In this document: in pieces, positions 63,296-64,000 of the stretch
How positions within the stretch are numbered: the stretch's first letter is position 1
How the letters are laid out: each line of letters begins with the position of its first letter
Origin: an uncultured Bacteriovoracaceae bacterium
Lineage (GTDB): Bacteria > Bdellovibrionota > UBA1018
Direction of reading: 5' to 3'
DNA length: 64,000 nt
NCBI GenBank assembly: GCA_964563795.1
Contig: CAZLYB010000004.1
Span: 57,026 to 121,025, forward strand
Translations under genes and position numbers: made by a program
Notes under the pieces: model-generated
The model's input: only the letters and a program-made list of their open reading frames with translations
Databases searched by the model: none
Told to the model about the DNA's origin: nothing

Positions 63296-63993
63296 CGCCT
63301 CTGATTCGCGATGGAATCAAAAACTCCAAGCCTACCGCTGAAATTATCTTTCCCGAAGCAGATATTATTCAAGTTAATGAGCGCGATCTTGTACGTCTGA
63401 TTGCTTACCCAGTCTTCTCTCTTGTTTATTTTAGGATTAACTGACACCCAGTATCTCATTAAACGGCTGTCGCTCCCTGACGGAAATGCACGATTGTCCG
63501 AAACATAATGAAAGTTTTTGCTGACAAATCGGCAAGCATCCGTTTCAACGTCATACTGCCATTGAGTCACCGGAAGATTGAACCTTTGTGAAAGCGGGGA
63601 ACAATCGTAATTTCTATCGTAAATAAAAGTAATGAAAATACTGCTCGGAGCAGCATTGTATCGGTTTGCATCTTCATGCCAAAAGAGCTGGGCCGTTTGC
63701 AAGGTGTACGGGTCATTTTCACGGGCATGCGTCAGGATCAGTCCCTGGAGCTTCTTAAATTCCTTGGATTTTTTGTCTAGAGCGAAAGCTTCCTTGAATA
63801 CGACCTCAGGCTTGGGGCTGGGGCTAATTTTATAGTTTTGCGACGGATTGATGCGTCCAGAGGTCAAATTAATGCTTATCCCAGCATTTTTAAGCAGCGG
63901 ATGGCTGTTTAGCCATCGATAGCAAGCCTCCCCTCCACTGGCAAAAGCGGAGCTATTCCATCCCAAGCTGAACAAAAAGACACTGATTCCCAT
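63292..63993 (-). CDS. Secreted hypothetical protein (233 aa)
   Basis: It has a signal peptide (MGISVFLFSLGWNSSAFA) and is convergent with gcvH, overlapping it by 4 nt. No known domain was found. Confidence 0.45.
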   Translation of the reverse strand: MGISVFLFSLGWNSSAFASGGEACYRWLNSHPLLKNAGISINLTSGRINPSQNYKISPSPKPEVVFKEAFALDKKSKEFKKLQGLILTHARENDPYTLQTAQLFWHEDANRYNAAPSSIFITFIYDRNYDCSPLSQRFNLPVTQWQYDVETDACRFVSKNFHYVSDNRAFPSGSDSRLMRYWVSVNPKINKREDWVSNQTYKIALINLNNICFGKDNFSGRLGVFDSIANQRR

Positions 63994-64000
63994 CGCGAAT

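Overview
This 64 kb window comes from a high-GC (about 58-60 %) Gram-negative chromosome. Codon usage, many signal-peptide proteins of unknown function, tandem delta-60-repeat propeller proteins and a flgMNKL-csrA-fliW flagellar operon suggest a Bdellovibrionota- or deltaproteobacteria-like organism. That lineage call is inference.

Gene content, left to right:
- tail of an outer-membrane protein gene
- an unannotated LptM-like mini-lipoprotein, then lysA
- etfB-etfA plus an Etf-associated membrane Fe-S oxidoreductase
- two paralogous secreted proteins flanking a ribbon-helix-helix gene
- a minus-strand operon: Leu/Phe-dehydrogenase-family gene, kdd-like gene, kamD, kamE, a MoxR AAA+ ATPase and a VWA protein. 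kamD, kamE and moxR are joined by 4-nt ATGA overlaps. The B12-dependent aminomutase fused to a MoxR/VWA pair is the most system-like novelty candidate.
- a 17 kb minus-strand run of large secreted or membrane hypothetical proteins (1478, 527, 560, 469 and 801 aa; the last is a metallophosphoesterase), partly joined by 4-nt overlaps
- a low-GC (about 40 %) single-gene island encoding a membrane-anchored ClpA/ClpB-like double-AAA+ protein with a degenerate D1 domain
- cold-shock protein gene
- an AST-like cluster (class III aminotransferase, M20 hydrolase, astA, astD) lacking astB and astE
- bamD and a TPR gene
- a family of Cys-rich secreted paralogs
- a complete flagellar rod/ring/hook-associated operon: flgF-G-A-H-I, orf94, flgJ(rod-binding only), flgM-N-K-L, csrA, fliW
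- folD
- two tandem delta-60-repeat proteins
- an outer-membrane protein gene and gcvT-gcvH

No rRNA, tRNA, CRISPR, transposase or integrase genes were recognised.

Coordinates for starts that I refined by hand carry roughly +/-3 nt uncertainty. ORF ends are taken from the supplied ORF track.
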